From: Callorhinchus milii
Lineage: Eukaryota
Length of the DNA stretch: 64,000 bases
Assembly (NCBI RefSeq): GCF_018977255.1
Contig: NW_024704743.1
Span: 89,034,001-89,098,000, forward strand
Direction of reading: 5' to 3'
Shown: one piece after another, positions 47,711-62,384 of the stretch
Numbering within the stretch: position 1 is the first letter of the stretch
Layout: each line of letters starts with the position of its first letter
Translations under genes and position numbers: made by a program
Notes under the pieces: model-generated
Told to the model about the DNA's origin: nothing
Databases searched by the model: none
What the model saw: the letters and a program-made list of their open reading frames with translations, nothing else

Positions 47711-49282
47711 AGCTCTTTGAGCCATCTCAATGATGTGGTAAGATGCAAGGATTATTATTATCATTACCCGGTGAAGCTCTTTGGGACATCTTTCTGAGGT
47801 GAAAGGGGCTAGACCAAATGTAAGGATTATTCTGATGTAACAACATTCCCTTTCATGTCTAATCATTATGTTTTGTACTTTTGTAGTTTGAGGCATTTCT
47901 CTTTAGGTGGAAGGCACTAAATGGGTTTTTATTATTTTAAGCATGTGGCTTGTATAGGTACAAATTAAAGCATAAGTGAAGCTGTATCATTTCTCATGAT
48001 CTTAACCTTCAAACAACTATTGTAAAATGTCTGAATATGCAGAATTTTGGTCTTCTGCCTTAGAATGTGAGAATGTTTTCCCTACTTTTTTATTAGATCG
48101 AATAAACAATGTCATCCAAAGCACTGTGAGCTGGGGGAATAAAAGTGTTTCTAGAAAGAGCTACTGTATAATAGGAACTTACTGTTTAATGTATTTGCCT
48201 ATGTTTACGTGGGTAATCGACAGCAACTTCTAGTATGCAGACAATTGTATATTTGGAAAATCTGTAACTCACTTAACAGCAAAATTTGTGCCAGTATTGA
48301 ATGTTTTCCAGTATCTTTACCATTAAACACATTTTATGGTTTAAATACAGTACAACCATTTTTGATGTCACTTCAATCCTTTTTGAAAAGTAATGGAACA
48401 ATTAAATAAGAATAATATTCTGTGTGACATAAAGTCTCTCATGTTGGGAGGTCATCTCTAAGCAATTCACTAGATTTTCCTGTAATACATGGTAACTTTT
48501 TAGGCAAATGCAACAAGCAATTTTGGGCATAGCATTGTCTCACAGTCAGTCATAGCCAACATGAGAATGTCGAGCAGGTCACCAGCAGAAACTCCCTTTT
48601 ATTAAACTACCTAAACAAGCCTTGGTTTAACTTGTCACCTGAAGGACAGCATCTCAAACACTCCCCCAGCTCTACATTGGAATGTCAGCCAAAGGTGAGA
48701 GGCTGGACTGCTATCAACCAAGTCAAGTTGACACCAGAATACTCATGCTTATTCCAATAATATTGGTCACAAAAGGATTTAGGATTAAGTCCAAAATTTA
48801 GGTTAGTACTAAATCAAATAGAATTAGTTCTGATGCTCTGAGCAAAGAAGAGTCTGCATCTGCAAATTTTGTTTGGACTCAATTTTTAGTGAACAGTAAA
48901 TTTTTCAAGCAGGGAATTTATTATCCTTGCATAGAAGCATTACCAAATCATGTTGAAATCATAAGTGTAATTGATAGGAAGCTACTAATGTGTTAATCTC
49001 TGAGGCAGCAGAAATGCACATCTTGTTTTCAACAGTGTTTGGCTAAATTCTTTCAGTAAGTACTGTACTTATCTGTCAAGCTGTGTGATAAAGGATACCA
49101 TGCAATTTTACAAACCACCTATTAATCAAAATAAGCAAGAGACCAAATAATAGCATCAGCAATGAGAACATTTTTCTAGTGTGTAGTTTCAATAAGAAAA
49201 AATAGCTAAATAAAGAATAACCAAACTGTTCAATTTCTAAAAGTCGTAACAAAATGTTAATACAAGTTCAACTGCTAAATAC

Positions 49283-49565
49283 TGTCCTTCAGATGTTAAA
49301 CTGAGAGCCATCTGCATGTTCATGTAAATCCAATGGCACCATTTGAAAAGGAAAGGGAGTTTCTCCTGCTGTCCTAGCCAACAATCTCCCAAATAAAAAT
49401 GATCATTTACATCCTGGCTGTTTGTAGGGCATTGCTATGTGGAACTTGGCTGCTGTGCTCTCCCACAAATCACACACAGATCACCTCACTTTACAGTATA
49501 TCCTGTGAATTGCTTTGGGATGTCCTTCTGATGTAAAAGACAGCATATCAAATGCAAGGATTGTT
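49283..49565 (+). mobile_element. Old Deu-type SINE 3' part
   Basis: gatgttaaac..atggcaccatttgaaaag..ggctgtttgtagggcattgct..atcaaatgcaaggatt. Confidence 0.75.
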
Positions 49566-50092
49566 CTTACTTTACTGTATGGAGATTTGGGAGTCTTAAT
49601 ATGCTACAATTGCTACTTAGCTTCTGAGGGGGTTTTAGAAAGATGAAGCATATGGTGGAAAATGTGGTATGTTATGCGATAAGTGGGTATGTGATGTGAT
49701 AATTATCTCCTATGATGATTAACACATTCTGGAAATGTCCCAGTCAATGACTACCATGGGGTTAATCCTTTCCCACTGCTGACTACATCAAAATCATTTT
49801 GTCTAAAGCTTTTATTTCTGCATCCTTTGAGTCAGCTTGCAGTGTGTTGGAACCAGCTGCTATGCATTTAGTATCAGTTTGGGGAACACTGGCTTAACAC
49901 CAACTTTTTAATTCTTAATGTTCTTTAATCTTTAATGTTCTAACAATTATGCTTAAAAAAACATTTCTTCAAACTTCTCCCTTTACACTTCCAGTATCAC
50001 TTCTGTATGCTTTGTTACCAATTACAGTACAAAATCATTTACAATTATACTTTCACATGGGAGGATATCTCAAAACGCTGGCTGGGGACATA

Positions 50093-50228
50093 CAACAACA
50101 ACAACAAGATTTCATTCATAGAATGCCTTTCACGTCAGGAGGACTTCCCAAGGCGCTGGACAGTTGGGTCGGGACCCAAGCAGGGGGGAAATGGTCAGGG
50201 TGAGGGGAGGGAAGGGAGGGAGCGAGGA
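50093..50228 (-). mobile_element. L2 3' tail, young subfamily
   Basis: Reverse complement of 32480-32615. Confidence 0.85.
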
Positions 50229-50524
50229 ATTCAGATTCAAAAGAATAAAGATTGTTGAATTGTTACAGTATCATATTTATCTTTCAACATAAAGGGCCAA
50301 ATGTCTTTCTTCGGTTCTGTAAATGTCTATAGATCTTTGCTATTCTTTGGTGTATCTTTCTAGTCACTATGGTAAAAGAATCAACTAATGTTCCAGTTTT
50401 CATCTTGTTCTTCTATTTTGCAAAATAGGGAAAACATACTGCTGTAAGCCAAATGTTTTTTTTAATAATAAATAGGCATACTTTTTCAAAAGACAGAACT
50501 TCTGTTCAAATGCATAAAAACTTA

Positions 50525-51740
50525 GCATTTCACAAGACCACTGGCTCTTCAGCCATTTCATCTCATCTTTCTAAAATGTCAACCTAACAATATCAAACTA
50601 TTTCTTAACTGAGTTTGCATGTCCTAGCCTCTACCACCCTTCCTGGGGATCTCTTCCAGGTATTGATTATCCTCCTGTATAAATAAATATTTCCTAGTGG
50701 CTGTTCTAAAATTGCCCTTCAAAACTCTGAACCCTATGCCTTGTGTCCTGTTGTCTTGGTGTTTCTGAGAGCATTGTCTGAATTAACTTCATCTTGTTTA
50801 ACATCTTTATACTTCTATAATCTCCTTTCTGAGATTTTCTTTCAAGGACAAAAAAGCTGTATGTAGTTGTTCTTCATAGCTTCTAACACGGGAAAGAAGC
50901 CAGGATGCTCTACTCTGCATTGCCTCCAAATGAACCTTTACATTAAGGTGACCAGAACTGTACACAACACTCCAACACTCAACAACACATTACAACTTGA
51001 GGATGACTTCTGAGAACATGAAATCAATTGATTTGGTAATATACCACAGCATCCATTTTGCCTTGTTTACTGTTTAGTGTGGATTCTTGTAGCTCAGCGG
51101 TTAGAGCATTCACCTCGCAAGCAAGAGACCTGGGTTTGAATGCCAGCAGCGCAAAATGTTGGCCAAGTTTTTTTTACTCCACTCTGTTTACCTGGCTGTA
51201 AGTAGAAACCCAGTTGTTAGTTGATTGGCAGATTGCTTTTCCTGGGGTAATAATTCCTTAAAAAAAGTTGGTCACTGAATTCACGACTGTTTGTGGGACA
51301 CTGCTGTATGCAATTGGCTGCCGCGTTTTACCCACAAAGTATATCGTCAATTTACTTTACAGTATATTCTGTGAAGCATTTTGACTCGTTTCAAAGATGT
51401 GATGCAAAAAATCAAATGCAAGCATTATTATTATTATCGTTGCCTCGCATTTGTTTGGCCATGGTGAGCAATGGGTTATCTCACATTTAGAAGTTGCTTT
51501 CAACTTCTCTTTCAATAAATTCTATTCCTGCTCATGGAGCACACATGCCTCCTTGTTTTCCTTCCTTTAGGCCTTGCAATTTTTGGTATGAACCGCAATT
51601 GCCAATAATCAGCCTATGTGTCAAGCTCTCTTTCTAAGGCTTTGGCTGTCTTATTGGATTCCACAGTTCCCTAAGCTTAATGTCATCTGTATATTTAAGA
51701 ACCTTGCACTGAGTTTGCAAGTCCAGATCATTTATGTTCA
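50525..51740 (-). mobile_element. Decayed CR1 3' region split by a SINE
   Basis: gtgaccagaactgtacacaacactcca is the reverse of LExCVQFWS; cctaagcttaatgtcatctg is the reverse of the DDIKLR region. Confidence 0.7.
51078..51437 (+). mobile_element. tRNA-derived SINE, long variant
   Basis: gtggattcttgtagctcagcggttagagc..ctctgtttacctggctgtaagtag..(att)n. Confidence 0.87.
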
Positions 51741-52127
51741 CTGTGAGAAGCTTCTGGATCATGCTTTGATACCAAGGAATATGGTCAAGAGAGCTGATTT
51801 GAAGTATCACAAATCCTTAAGGGAGAATTTTTTATCAACTTAGCAGAAACATTTAGGTTGCTAAAGTCTCAGTCTTTCACAGAAAAGCAGGCGATTCACA
51901 GTTGTTGCAGATCTACTGTCTTTTTGAAATGTTTCCGCAGTGCTTCAACATGATATAATTTGTTCTTTATAGAAGTAGCAAGTGAACAAAGCAAGATATC
52001 ATCATCACAGTGTTTTGCCTCCGGCAAAAAGCTGCAGTCATGTAAGCCTTATTCACCAACCAGATTTGATATGGTGGCGAGGCTGTTGTGTAGATTTATT
52101 TATGTTGACAATAAAAGGACATCATCA

Positions 52128-52392
52128 CGTGTTAAACCCAGATTCCATCTGTTGGTTCAGGTCAATATTGAAGATCCCATGGCACCATTCAAAAAAAGAG
52201 AAAGGAATTTCTCTTGGGGTTCTGACCAACATTCCCCCCACAAAATTGGTGATTCACATTATAGATGTTTGTGGGACACTGCCGCACCCAAATTGACTGC
52301 TACATTTACCTACAAATACAATGTTCTACAGTAAATGTTGTGAAGCACTTTTGGTGATGTGATAAGGTTCTATATGAAATATTATTATTATT
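52128..52392 (+). mobile_element. Old Deu-type SINE 3' part
   Basis: gttaaacc..ttcaggtc..gaagatcccatggcaccattc..tgtttgtgggacactgc. Confidence 0.72.
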
Positions 52393-54679
52393 GAGATGTC
52401 TCAATGTGCCTTACAGAATATACAGCAAAGTGTAGTGACTGTGTATTTTGTGGGCAAAACCCCAAATATTATTATTATTATTAAATATTAGATATTATTC
52501 TGTGTTACAAAATACAGAACTTTGTTGTTCTGTGTTCAAACTGAAGCAGATACAATACAAATTTATATTTATAGAGCATCTTTCACATTGGGAGGATGTC
52601 CCAAGGCACTTGTAATAATGGATTGGCACAAGTTAAGGATGAGTTTGTCCTGTTGTGTCCTTTGTGATGAGTGTGGAAGATGATCTAGGCATCGAGACAG
52701 AAGAGGGTGGATGATGATGGCCTTTATCTAAATTGGAACCATTATTCGTGCAGCATCAGTTACAGTTCAGCATTGCTGGAAAGAATGTAAAACGGGGGTT
52801 CAGGCTCAACCAAATCAAATCAGAATTGTGACTGTAACTCGCATATCATTCTACATTTCAGGAGTGTGAAACCAAAAGGCCATGAAGAGCATAATAGAAC
52901 ATCATTGGGAAATTGTTTACTTATAGAGTGTGCAATTCTTTTCAGTACATATCACTGAGAAGACTGAAAAGCCTTAGTGCCAGCATATTTGCAATAAAAT
53001 ACTAAATATTAACTCCAAGAGGATCATTAGCAATTTCAGACGGTATATGGAGAGTTGGTCAAGCTTAAATGAACGTTTTGTGTTATTTTCCCCCAGATGC
53101 TACATTTTTATTCCATCAGGTGCATGAGAAAATAGGATTAAATACTAACCAACCTAGAAATCAGCTAATATGATATACAGTAGCTTTACAAATGTGTAAT
53201 ATAACTATAAACTTGCCTGAGAAAAAAGAGAAACTCTGATCCTAAAGAAATTCTAATTATACCAATTCTAATTCAATAAGAAATTTACTCTAAGCACTTC
53301 ATTTCTATTAGGCAACAGTGGTTGATTTAATTTATGGAGGTGAAAAGTGAAGCATGTGATTATCATATCCTAGGGCACTGTGCTCCTGTTCACTTGATAA
53401 CTGATGCAGGCAAAACATTTCCTCCCCCGACTTTGTGAAATTAGTTTTGTCTAAATGTTGATATCTTTCGTTATTCAGCCAACTGATAGATCTTCTGTTG
53501 CTGTTGTAGTGCTGATCCCAACATCAAAAATGGTTTGCTAAATATTTGTTCAACTCAGTATCAGTGCTCTGAAATTCTTCTCAGTCTCAAATTTTAGGAC
53601 AAAATGGTGATTATAGGCTAAGGTTGTGCAGATTTGTGGAATATTTTTAAATTCTTGCTTAATTTCAAAGATGGTTTTCCACAGTTCTCAAAAAAAGGCT
53701 TCCAAATCTAAGTGAAGACTGAATTTAAGAATTACACACTTCTGCACAACCTTAATGTTAGGAGAAAAATCTGTCAGGTTTCCTGGTTCTGATCCCTCTA
53801 CAGCACACTTTACTGGTTTTGTGCATGTGACGGGTGAATGAAGAAAAGTTAAGCTCAGCAGTGATCCCTTATTCAGTAAAGTTACCTTCCAATACTTACT
53901 GCTAAGGTTAACAATTGAACAACGGCGAGGTGCTGGTGGGCAAACTATGCCCATGGAACTGCACCCCAGTAAGTGGAGCCAAAGGACCTGAGGAGAAGAG
54001 GCATATGACAATTGGGGATAAATTAGGAAAGAAATTGAACATCGTTTTTTAATTTGCACATGGTGCAATCATGATATCAAATGAAAGGATTATTATTATA
54101 TTATTATTATTATTATCCGCGTGCAATTCAATTGGAGGAATGTACGGTTTGCTGCGTCTCTGCCCTTTACCAACTGGCTTCTTATTGCTTCCCAACACTT
54201 CTACCCCTTCTTCTCCAATGCTCATTGCCTGGGCTTCCTCAACCACATCAAGTGTTGCTAGCCAGTATTGTGTCTGTGTTGGTACTTGCTTTAGTGCTCT
54301 GAGATGCTTCCCTGCTTCAAGAGCGCTATTTAAATGCTGTGGTGGGGTGGTGATGGTTTACACTCTGAGATAGTGTTCTGCTGTAGCAAATACTTTACTA
54401 GTTCTTGTTCTACTGAATAGAGCAGAAGCTACATTCTTGGTACAGACAACCGCAAGATCACAAAAGAGGTTTAGATGAAGAAGGCCCTTCGGCCCATTTG
54501 ATTTAATCAAACTAGAATAAGCCACCTTCTCTACTGCCATCAGAGCATCAAGCTGCTTTTTTAAATGAGTTAGTGTCCTGACCTCAACCATCCTTCCTGT
54601 TAACCTGTTCCAGTTATTAATTACCTCATGTCTATTCTGATGTTTCCTTTCACAACCTATGTCCTCTTTTTCAAACGTT

Positions 54680-55062
54680 TATCAGAAGTTTTCAAACTTA
54701 CGAGGGGAATCGATAGGGTGAACAAGGAGAAACTACTTCCACTGGTGGGTGGGTTGGTAACCCGAGGACACTGATTTAAATAGTTGTTAAAAGAAACAGA
54801 GGGGAGGTGAGGAAACATTTTTTCACACAGCGATTTGTTCGGATCTGGAATGAATTGCCTGAAGGGGTGGTGGAAACTGTTTCAATAACAACTTTTAAGA
54901 GAGAAGTAGATAATTATTTGGGGAGGACAAGTTTGCAGGACTATGGGGAGGGAACGGGGGAGTGGGATTGATTTGGATAGCTCTTTTCAAAAACCCAGCA
55001 CAAACACGATGGGCCGAATGGCCTCCTTCTGTGCTGTGTAATTGTATGATTCTATGATTTTT
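54680..55062 (+). mobile_element. CR1 3' end, abutting a minus-strand CR1 3' fragment at about 54455-54670
   Basis: Closely similar to 44350-44735; ends gggccgaatggcctccttctgtgctgt..atgattctatgatt. Confidence 0.88.
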
Positions 55063-55259
55063 GTTCTGATGTTTTGGCACATCAGAAACTATTGTTCAGA
55101 GATTACTTTCTTGATTCCATTTATTTTTACATAGGTGGGACAGAAGGAACTCTCAGTTTGGTTTGGATTACTCTTAAGCATGGTGGTGGGTTTCGACACC
55201 TGACTGACCAAAAAAAAATTCCATTTAAAATGTTAAATACCTCTATTAATTCTCCTCTG

Positions 55260-55293
<34 letters not shown>

Positions 55294-55328
55294 TTGTTAT
55301 TATTATTATTATTATTTTATTATTATTA
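55260..55328. repeat. (ATT)n microsatellite within a decayed minus-strand CR1
   Basis: About 23 imperfect ATT units. Confidence 0.9.
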
Positions 55329-55449
55329 TAGCAGCCGTAACTTCTATAATCATTGCTCATTCCTCTCATTTTTCCCACTACCAGGACATGGGCAGCTCCC
55401 TTATGTCAATGCAGCCAGAACTTTATGAATGTTAAGGACAAAGCTACAG

Positions 55450-55745
55450 AGTGGTTAGAGCACTCGCTTTGCAAGCGAGACACCTGGGTTCAATTCCAGG
55501 CAGGGCGAAACCTTGGACAAGTTTCCTTACTCCACACGCCTAATAATAATCCCTCCAAAACAAAGCAATAATAAGTTGGTCATTTTCAATCCATGACTGT
55601 TTGTGGGACACTGCTGTGCATAATTGTCTGCCGCGTTTCGCCCACAAATATACGGTGAATTCACTTTACAGTATATTCTGTGAAGCACTTTGAGACGTCT
55701 AGAAGACGTGAAAAGCGCTATATCAAATGCAAGGATTATTTTTAT
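55450..55745 (+). mobile_element. tRNA-derived SINE, short variant
   Basis: agtggttagagcactcgctttgcaagcgag..gagacgtctagaagacgtgaaaagcgctatatcaaatgcaagg. Confidence 0.9.
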
Positions 55746-56465
55746 TAATATTATAATGACCAGAAGTGCAATCTGACCAGAACACTGCATAGCTTGGGTA
55801 TGGCTTCTGGGGATCTGAAATCAATTTCTATAGCAATATATCCCAGTATACAATTTGTCTTGTTTATTTCTGTCTCGCACTATTTTGACACGATGAGCAA
55901 TGAATCAACGTGTTCCCCCACCCCACCCGATCTCTTTCAGATTTCCCCAGGCAAATTTCATCCTATCCATGGAATACTTGCGCCTTTCTAGCTATGCTGT
56001 TCAGACATAATTGCAGTATAGTCATTGCTCATACTATGATGCACTTGGAAATCAATGTGTATGGATATCTTTATCTTACTTGCCTTGCAAATTAATTCAT
56101 GGGGTCTAATTTGTGATACTTCTTAATGGGAATCTTTCCTAAGGAATTATTATCAATCCTAGAGACCTCTACTCTGGAAGTAGATCACATTAGTGCAGTT
56201 CACCATGATGTATCTACAATTACAGGTAGGAATCTTATTTGCTGACTCAGATAAATTATGAAAAAAATCATAATTTAAAAATATTGATGGGGACAATTTT
56301 GTAATATTTCTTGATAAAGAAAAGCAAGTGATGAATTCTTCCAGTATAAAGAAGTATATCACATTTGTCATTCTGATTCAAGTGAACTGTTTCTGAAAGT
56401 AAATTGAGTTGGAGCAACCTTCTGATCAGGTTGTGTAACAGACTTCAGGGTTTCTTAGCTAAGAA

Positions 56466-58236
56466 AAACAACAACAGCAACAACAACAACAAGATTACAT
56501 TTGTATAGTGCCCTTCACTTCTGGAGGATGTCCCAAAGCACTGGACAGTGTACAGCATTTCAAACCCGAGCTGGGGTCAGGAGGGAAAAGGGAGGGGAGG
56601 GGAAGGGGGGTGGCCGATGGTATGGTTGAAGAGGAGGGTTTTGAGGCAGGACTTGAAGGAGGCTAAGGAGGGGGCGAGGCGGAGTGATTGGGGAATGGAG
56701 GTTGGGGGCAGAGTGGGTGAAGGCTCTCCCGCCAATGGTGGAGCGGGTGTGTCGGGGATGTGGAGCAGGCCGGAGCTGTCTGAGCAGAGGGAGTGGGCAG
56801 GCTGGTAGGGGGTTAGGAGGTCACAGAGATAGGATGGGGCAAGACCATTGAGGGGTTTGTAGGTGAGGACTAGGATTTTGAAATGGATCCTCTGAAGGAT
56901 AGGGAGTCAATGGAGTCCGGCGAGAGTGGGGGAGATGGGGTCACGGAGTTTGGTGCGGGAGAGAACATGGGCTGCAGAGTTCTGGATTATCTGCAGCCTG
57001 TGGAGGGAGGAGTTGGGAAGGCCGACAAGCAGGGCATTTGCATAGTCGAGCCTGGAGGTGATGAAGGCATGAACAAGTGTTTCAGCGGCCTGAGGGGTGA
57101 GGTAGTGGCGGAATCGGGCGATGTTATAGAGGTGAGGGAAGGCAGATCGGGTCATGGCTTGGATGTGGGGAAGAAAAGACATTTGAGGGTTGAACAAGAC
57201 ACCTAAGTTCCTGACTGCTTGGTGAGTTGTAGTGTGCAACCATGGAGGTTGTTGCTGCCAGAGCCTGAGGTGCTGAGGCGCTGGCGTGAGCCAATCAGGA
57301 GGGCCTCAGTCTTGTTCACTTTCAACTGTAGGAAATTTGTCCTCATCCAAGACTTGATGTCCGACAGGCAGTCGGTCAGGACAGCAGTGGTCCTGGATTG
57401 AGGGTGGAGGCAGAAAGATAGAATTGGGTGTCATCCGCATATATATGGAAGTTGACCCCATGTCTGCGGATGATGTCATCAAGGGGGAACATGTAGATAT
57501 TAAAGAGGAGAGGGCCAAGGACAGAGCCCTGGGGGACACCAGACGTGACAGTGCGGGGGCTGGAGGAGAAACCATTAGAGACAACAAAGTGCAGACAGTG
57601 AGTGAGATAGGAATCGAACCAGGCAAGGGCAGGTCCGCGAAGATTAAATAAGGAGGAGAGGCGGTGTATGAGGGTGGAGTGGTCGACAGTGTTGAAGGCA
57701 GCAGAGTGGTCGAGGAGGACAAGGAGACAGAGAGAGCCCTGATCACAGATGTTCAGAATGTCATTAGTGACTTTGACCAGGGCTGTTTCCATGCTGTTCA
57801 AAGAGGGAATGGCGAGAGAGAAAGGAGCAGAACTGGGATGACTCATTCCAGGACCTTGGGGAGGAATGGGAGGTTAGAGATGGGGCAGTAGCTGGAGAGT
57901 AGGGATGGGTTCAGGGAAGGTTTTTTCAGGATGGGGCGATGACAGCTGTTCTTAGGAGAGGTTGATGACGTCAGACAGGAGAGGGGCCAGAAGGTGGAGC
58001 TGGGAGATGAGGAGAGATGTGGAGATGGGATCGAGGGAGTAGGTGGTGGGTTTGCGATTGCCAACATTCGCGGAGAGGGAGGAGGGAGAGATAGGGTTGA
58101 AGGAGTATATTGGGGTATGGGTGGGGGGGTGGGTCATGAGGGAGAGGTGATGTGGGGGTGGCTGTGGACGGGGCAGAGGTGGCTGAATGTATCCCCTCGA
58201 TTTTGGTTTTGAGAAAATCCAGCATCTCCTCACAGA
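56466..58236 (-). mobile_element. 5'-truncated L2 LINE (~1.8 kb)
   Basis: [63 protein letters not shown]; (aac)n tail at 56466. Confidence 0.95.
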
Positions 58237-58781
58237 TATGATGTGAATTAAACCCCAATGGCCTGATAAACCAGCTAATCAATTCCTTTCTAACATTTAA
58301 CTGATTCTTCATTAATTAGCCTTTGGTTTTCTGTAAAACTACAAAGTCATTCTTGAAAAGTCTTGGAAAATGTTAAGTGGTCTCAAAGTCTGGGAGAGGA
58401 GGTCAAGGAGATTAACAGATCAGAGTTCACACTTTTGAAATAATTTTTTGTCAACAGCTGGCAATATCAAAACAAGGATTCTATCAAGTCCTTGGCAAGT
58501 ATCAAATTATTTCCTTTGTACACCAAAGATGTAACAAATACTTTCATAAAGGGAGACCTTAGTTGAAAGACTACTCTATTTCAATGAAGTATTCTGTGGA
58601 TAATACAATAACGGTAATTCTAAGAAAATAATCCTTGCATTTTATATAGGGCCACATCATTGTGACATCTCAAAGTGCTTCACAGAATGCGCAATAGTGT
58701 ACTGACTATATTTTGGGAGCAAATGTGGCAGCTAATTTGTAGTCAGCAATGTCCCACAAACACAAACAATTGGTTAATTAA

Positions 58782-59243
58782 TCCCCCACTCTCGCCCGAC
58801 TGCATTGGCTCCCTATCCTTCAGAGGATTCAGTTCAAGATCCTGGTCCTCACATACAAAGCCCTCCATGGCCTTGCCCCACTCTACCTCTGTGACCTCCT
58901 AACCCCCTACCAACCCGCCCGCTCCCTCCGCTCAGCCGGCTCTGGCCTGCTCCACGTCCCCCGACCCACCCACCCCACCATTGGCGGGAGGGCCTTCAGC
59001 CACTCTGCACCCAACCTCTGGAATTCCATCCCCCAGTCACTCTGCCTCGTCCCCTCTGTAGCCTCCTTCAAGTCCTGCCTCAAGACCCTCCTCTTTGACC
59101 ATGCCATCGGCCACACCCCTTCCCCTCCCCTCCCTTCTCCCCCTGACCCCAGCTCAGGACTGAAATGCCGTACTCTGTCCAGCGCCTTGGGACGTCCTCC
59201 CAAAGTGAAAGGCGCTATACAAATGTAATCTTGTTGTTGTTGT
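58782..59243 (+). mobile_element. L2 LINE 3' end
   Basis: LHWLPILQRIQFKILVLTYKALHGLAP-type sequence; tail gcgccttgggacgtcctcccaaagtgaaaggcgc plus (ttg)n. Confidence 0.92.
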
Positions 59244-61769
59244 TAGTATGGATAGTGCAATAAACAATAGGAACTGAACATGAATTAAGCATATATATAT
59301 AACGAGAATAACTTATCAATATGAATTCTTTCCCTGCCCCTGATGGCTTAATGAGTAAATGTATGGTGGGTACTGGCAAGTACAGACCAGGAAGGTTGTT
59401 TGTTGCTTGTGCTAAATTAGCTGATCTCAGCAACTTGCCTGTGGTGGACTAACACTGCCATTTATTTGACCCCAAAGCGAAGTATTTTCCTTCTGTAAAT
59501 TTTAAGCCCTGCATCGGGTTCTAAGTTTTTTTTTGTTTAATAATGCTTACCCAGCATTGATCTGCTGAAGAGAACTGAAATTCACACTCTCCTTTGCCAA
59601 AATATTAACTTTGCCTCAGGGTTCCTTAAATTTAAGAAACGCTAGACCTACCTGCATATTTTATCACAATATCCGTCATTAAAAATCAATTGGTGCTACT
59701 CTCATTGATGAAGATTTAAAATATGCTCCAAGAATCCTTTCAAACATCAGAAGTGAACTGGCTCTAAAAGGGACCTGATTTGACACAGGATTCTGTTCTG
59801 TCACACAAAAGCTGCAGTTCCCCTGAAATCATTCCTTATCATCAGTAAGAGCTGCACATGTATTAGTAATTCCAATTGGATTGTTATCAATATTAAAAAT
59901 ATCTGACTGGCATTCTCAAATATCTCTTTGTGTTAATATATTAGCAGTGTGTTTGAGAATGGTGTCTGCAGAGAAGACAATGTGATTTTCCTGTGGTTCA
60001 CTGCCCTTCTGTTAACCTGAAACATTTGTAACATGGACACAATAACGCATGCTGGCAGTTATGGCCGCAGTGCAGACAAGGAAACTTGGTTGATGTTCGT
60101 GTTATTTTATTTGTTGTGCTATGGTGGTGGAGGAGAGATAGAAACCAAACGCAGTTCCCTTGTTATTTCTTCTCAGAAAAGGAGATCATAGGAGTTGTCA
60201 GAAATTGTTTGCTTCTTAAAATGGAATGGTTATTTTGGTGATAAGACTGCTTTTGGTATAATTAGTGCACTGTTCAAATTAAACAGAGCCACAATGCATT
60301 TTTGCGCAATGACTAAATACACCATTGAAATTGTGGGAGGAAAGTAACTACGTAATTACTGTGCAGCCTTCATCATACTATTCCTAGCAGGGAAAAATAA
60401 CAGAATTTTTAAATTACAGTAGTTGACAAAAGTTTATTATATTCTTACTTTAACACTGTCATTTCAATAAATCGAAGACTCTAATTTGAAAAAAAACATA
60501 TAATTTGAAAATCATAACATAATAACTCTAAATCCTAACCATGAACCATAGTAATTTCAAAATCAATGCAATATCTTAATACAAATGCCATTCTCAGATC
60601 TTTGGAAACCATGGATGGAACCAGTGGTTTTAATGTAATTTACTATAAGTACTATGGTTGAAATTATAGTATTTCTTAACAGGATTCATAACTAAGGAAT
60701 TCCATTTTAAATTCTTGGCACCAAAATCGGTGCAAATCGAATCCAGAGGCCGATCACAGGGTGGGGTTGCTACAGGTCAGAATGATGTACCAGTGGTCCC
60801 CATTTAATGATTCATATTGCTTATTGAGGAATACGACAAATGGCCATTTCACTACCGCTTCTAAGGGCAGTGGCTCCATCACACGACAGCCTATTCAGCC
60901 AGAAAATATCTGGAAGTGCAAATGATGAAAGGCCATTACCACAATTTCCATGAGAGTTTCTGATGAAAGGCTGACAGCTATTGAAGTATCTACATGAAGA
61001 GGGTGCTGAGGTCTCTGGAGTATTTGCACAAGTTGAATAGTTGGACTGCAGAACAGTGGTATAACTTGGTATCCAACCAAAATAAACATTCTACATTATG
61101 AGAATCCTGTACATCTAGTGTTTCTAATGCCATTTCCTCAAATAACTAATTACGAGTATTTCTTTTTGCTAAGTTTAGCAAATGTGTAATAAGTTCTAGC
61201 GTAATGGTGTCCCAGTGAAGTTTGATTATGTGTTTGTTGGTAGGAAATGCATAATTCGTGGATTAATTGAGATGTTGGATTTACCACATGGAAAATAAAT
61301 GGGAGACATATTCTCTGGCTTTATTATTTGTATTGCTAACACATCTTTTATTTTTTCACGATGTGATGGGTCATCTCTAGAAAGTAATGTAAAAGATAAA
61401 TCCATGCTGTCAATCCTGGAAACCTCTCTGTGGCCTTGGAATGCAGAGTGTTTGAGTGGATTATGGTTGGTCAATTGCCAAAGCCATCACAAGAATTATG
61501 CCCTTGTCCAAAAGAAACAACGTGACCAGAGAAAATAAAATTAAACCATACTTAGACCAACTTAAATAATTAGCTGGCTGCCTAACCACTTTGAAATGAT
61601 AAGAATGTAAAACAGAGATTCTATTATATTTATATATTTTAGAAAATGAACCAGATATCAGTTGGCAACCTCTAATAATCACAGTAATAATTAATGATGG
61701 TAGATAATTAAATGCATCTGTATTGAAAAATTATCTTGCTTGTATCTGCTGTGTAAGCAATGAAAGTTG

Positions 61770-61955
61770 TTAGCCTGGCTCGGTAAATAGCACTCTCGCT
61801 TCTGTAGCAGAAGGTTGTGGGTTCAACCCCATGTCGGGACTTGTACTCATTGTCTAGATTGACATTCGAATGCAGTTCTGGGGCTGCACTACATTTTTGG
61901 AGGTGCCATGCTTTTGGATGAGATTTTAAACCGAGGTCCCTTCTGCGATGTTCAA
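61770..61955 (+). mobile_element. Old Deu-type tRNA SINE 5' part
   Basis: tagcctggctcggt..agcactctcgcttctg..cagaaggttgtgggttcaa..ggaggtgcc..ggatgagattttaaaccgaggtccc. Confidence 0.75.
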
Positions 61956-62384
61956 ATTCCAATTGTAAGGAAAGAGTTAAATTGAATGTTAACTGCATGA
62001 AACTGCTGAAGGACATCTGGTGACTACATATCAATTGTTATCTTGTTATTGTCAAGGAACAGAACTGGAACAACAATGTGAGTTACCCCCACTCCTTTTC
62101 TGAAGATCGGGAATGTTTTTTGGTGGGAACACTGCTAACACATGTGCAAATGTGATTCAGATTTTGGGTATAATTCAGGTGCTGAAATCAATGTCAGATT
62201 TAACTGACTCCTAGCTGCCTGCTGCTCTCCCAAAGAAAGTAATTGATCAATAGTTATTCTCTGAAACCTAGTTGCTGCCATTATTGTGTCTTCTCATAAT
62301 GGTATGTTGCTTTTTGTATAATCATTGACTGTTGAACTATAAAAAAAGGAACAATTGTTTAACATCCAAATTGTGCGCACACTG

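Noticed and set aside
54049..54360. Minus-strand open frame (..QYWLATLDVVEEAQAMSIGEEGVEVLGSNKKPVGKGQRRSKPYIPPIELHAD) as a possible exon
   Set aside because: No recognisable protein family and no convincing splice sites, and the frame runs into a SINE-tail microsatellite.
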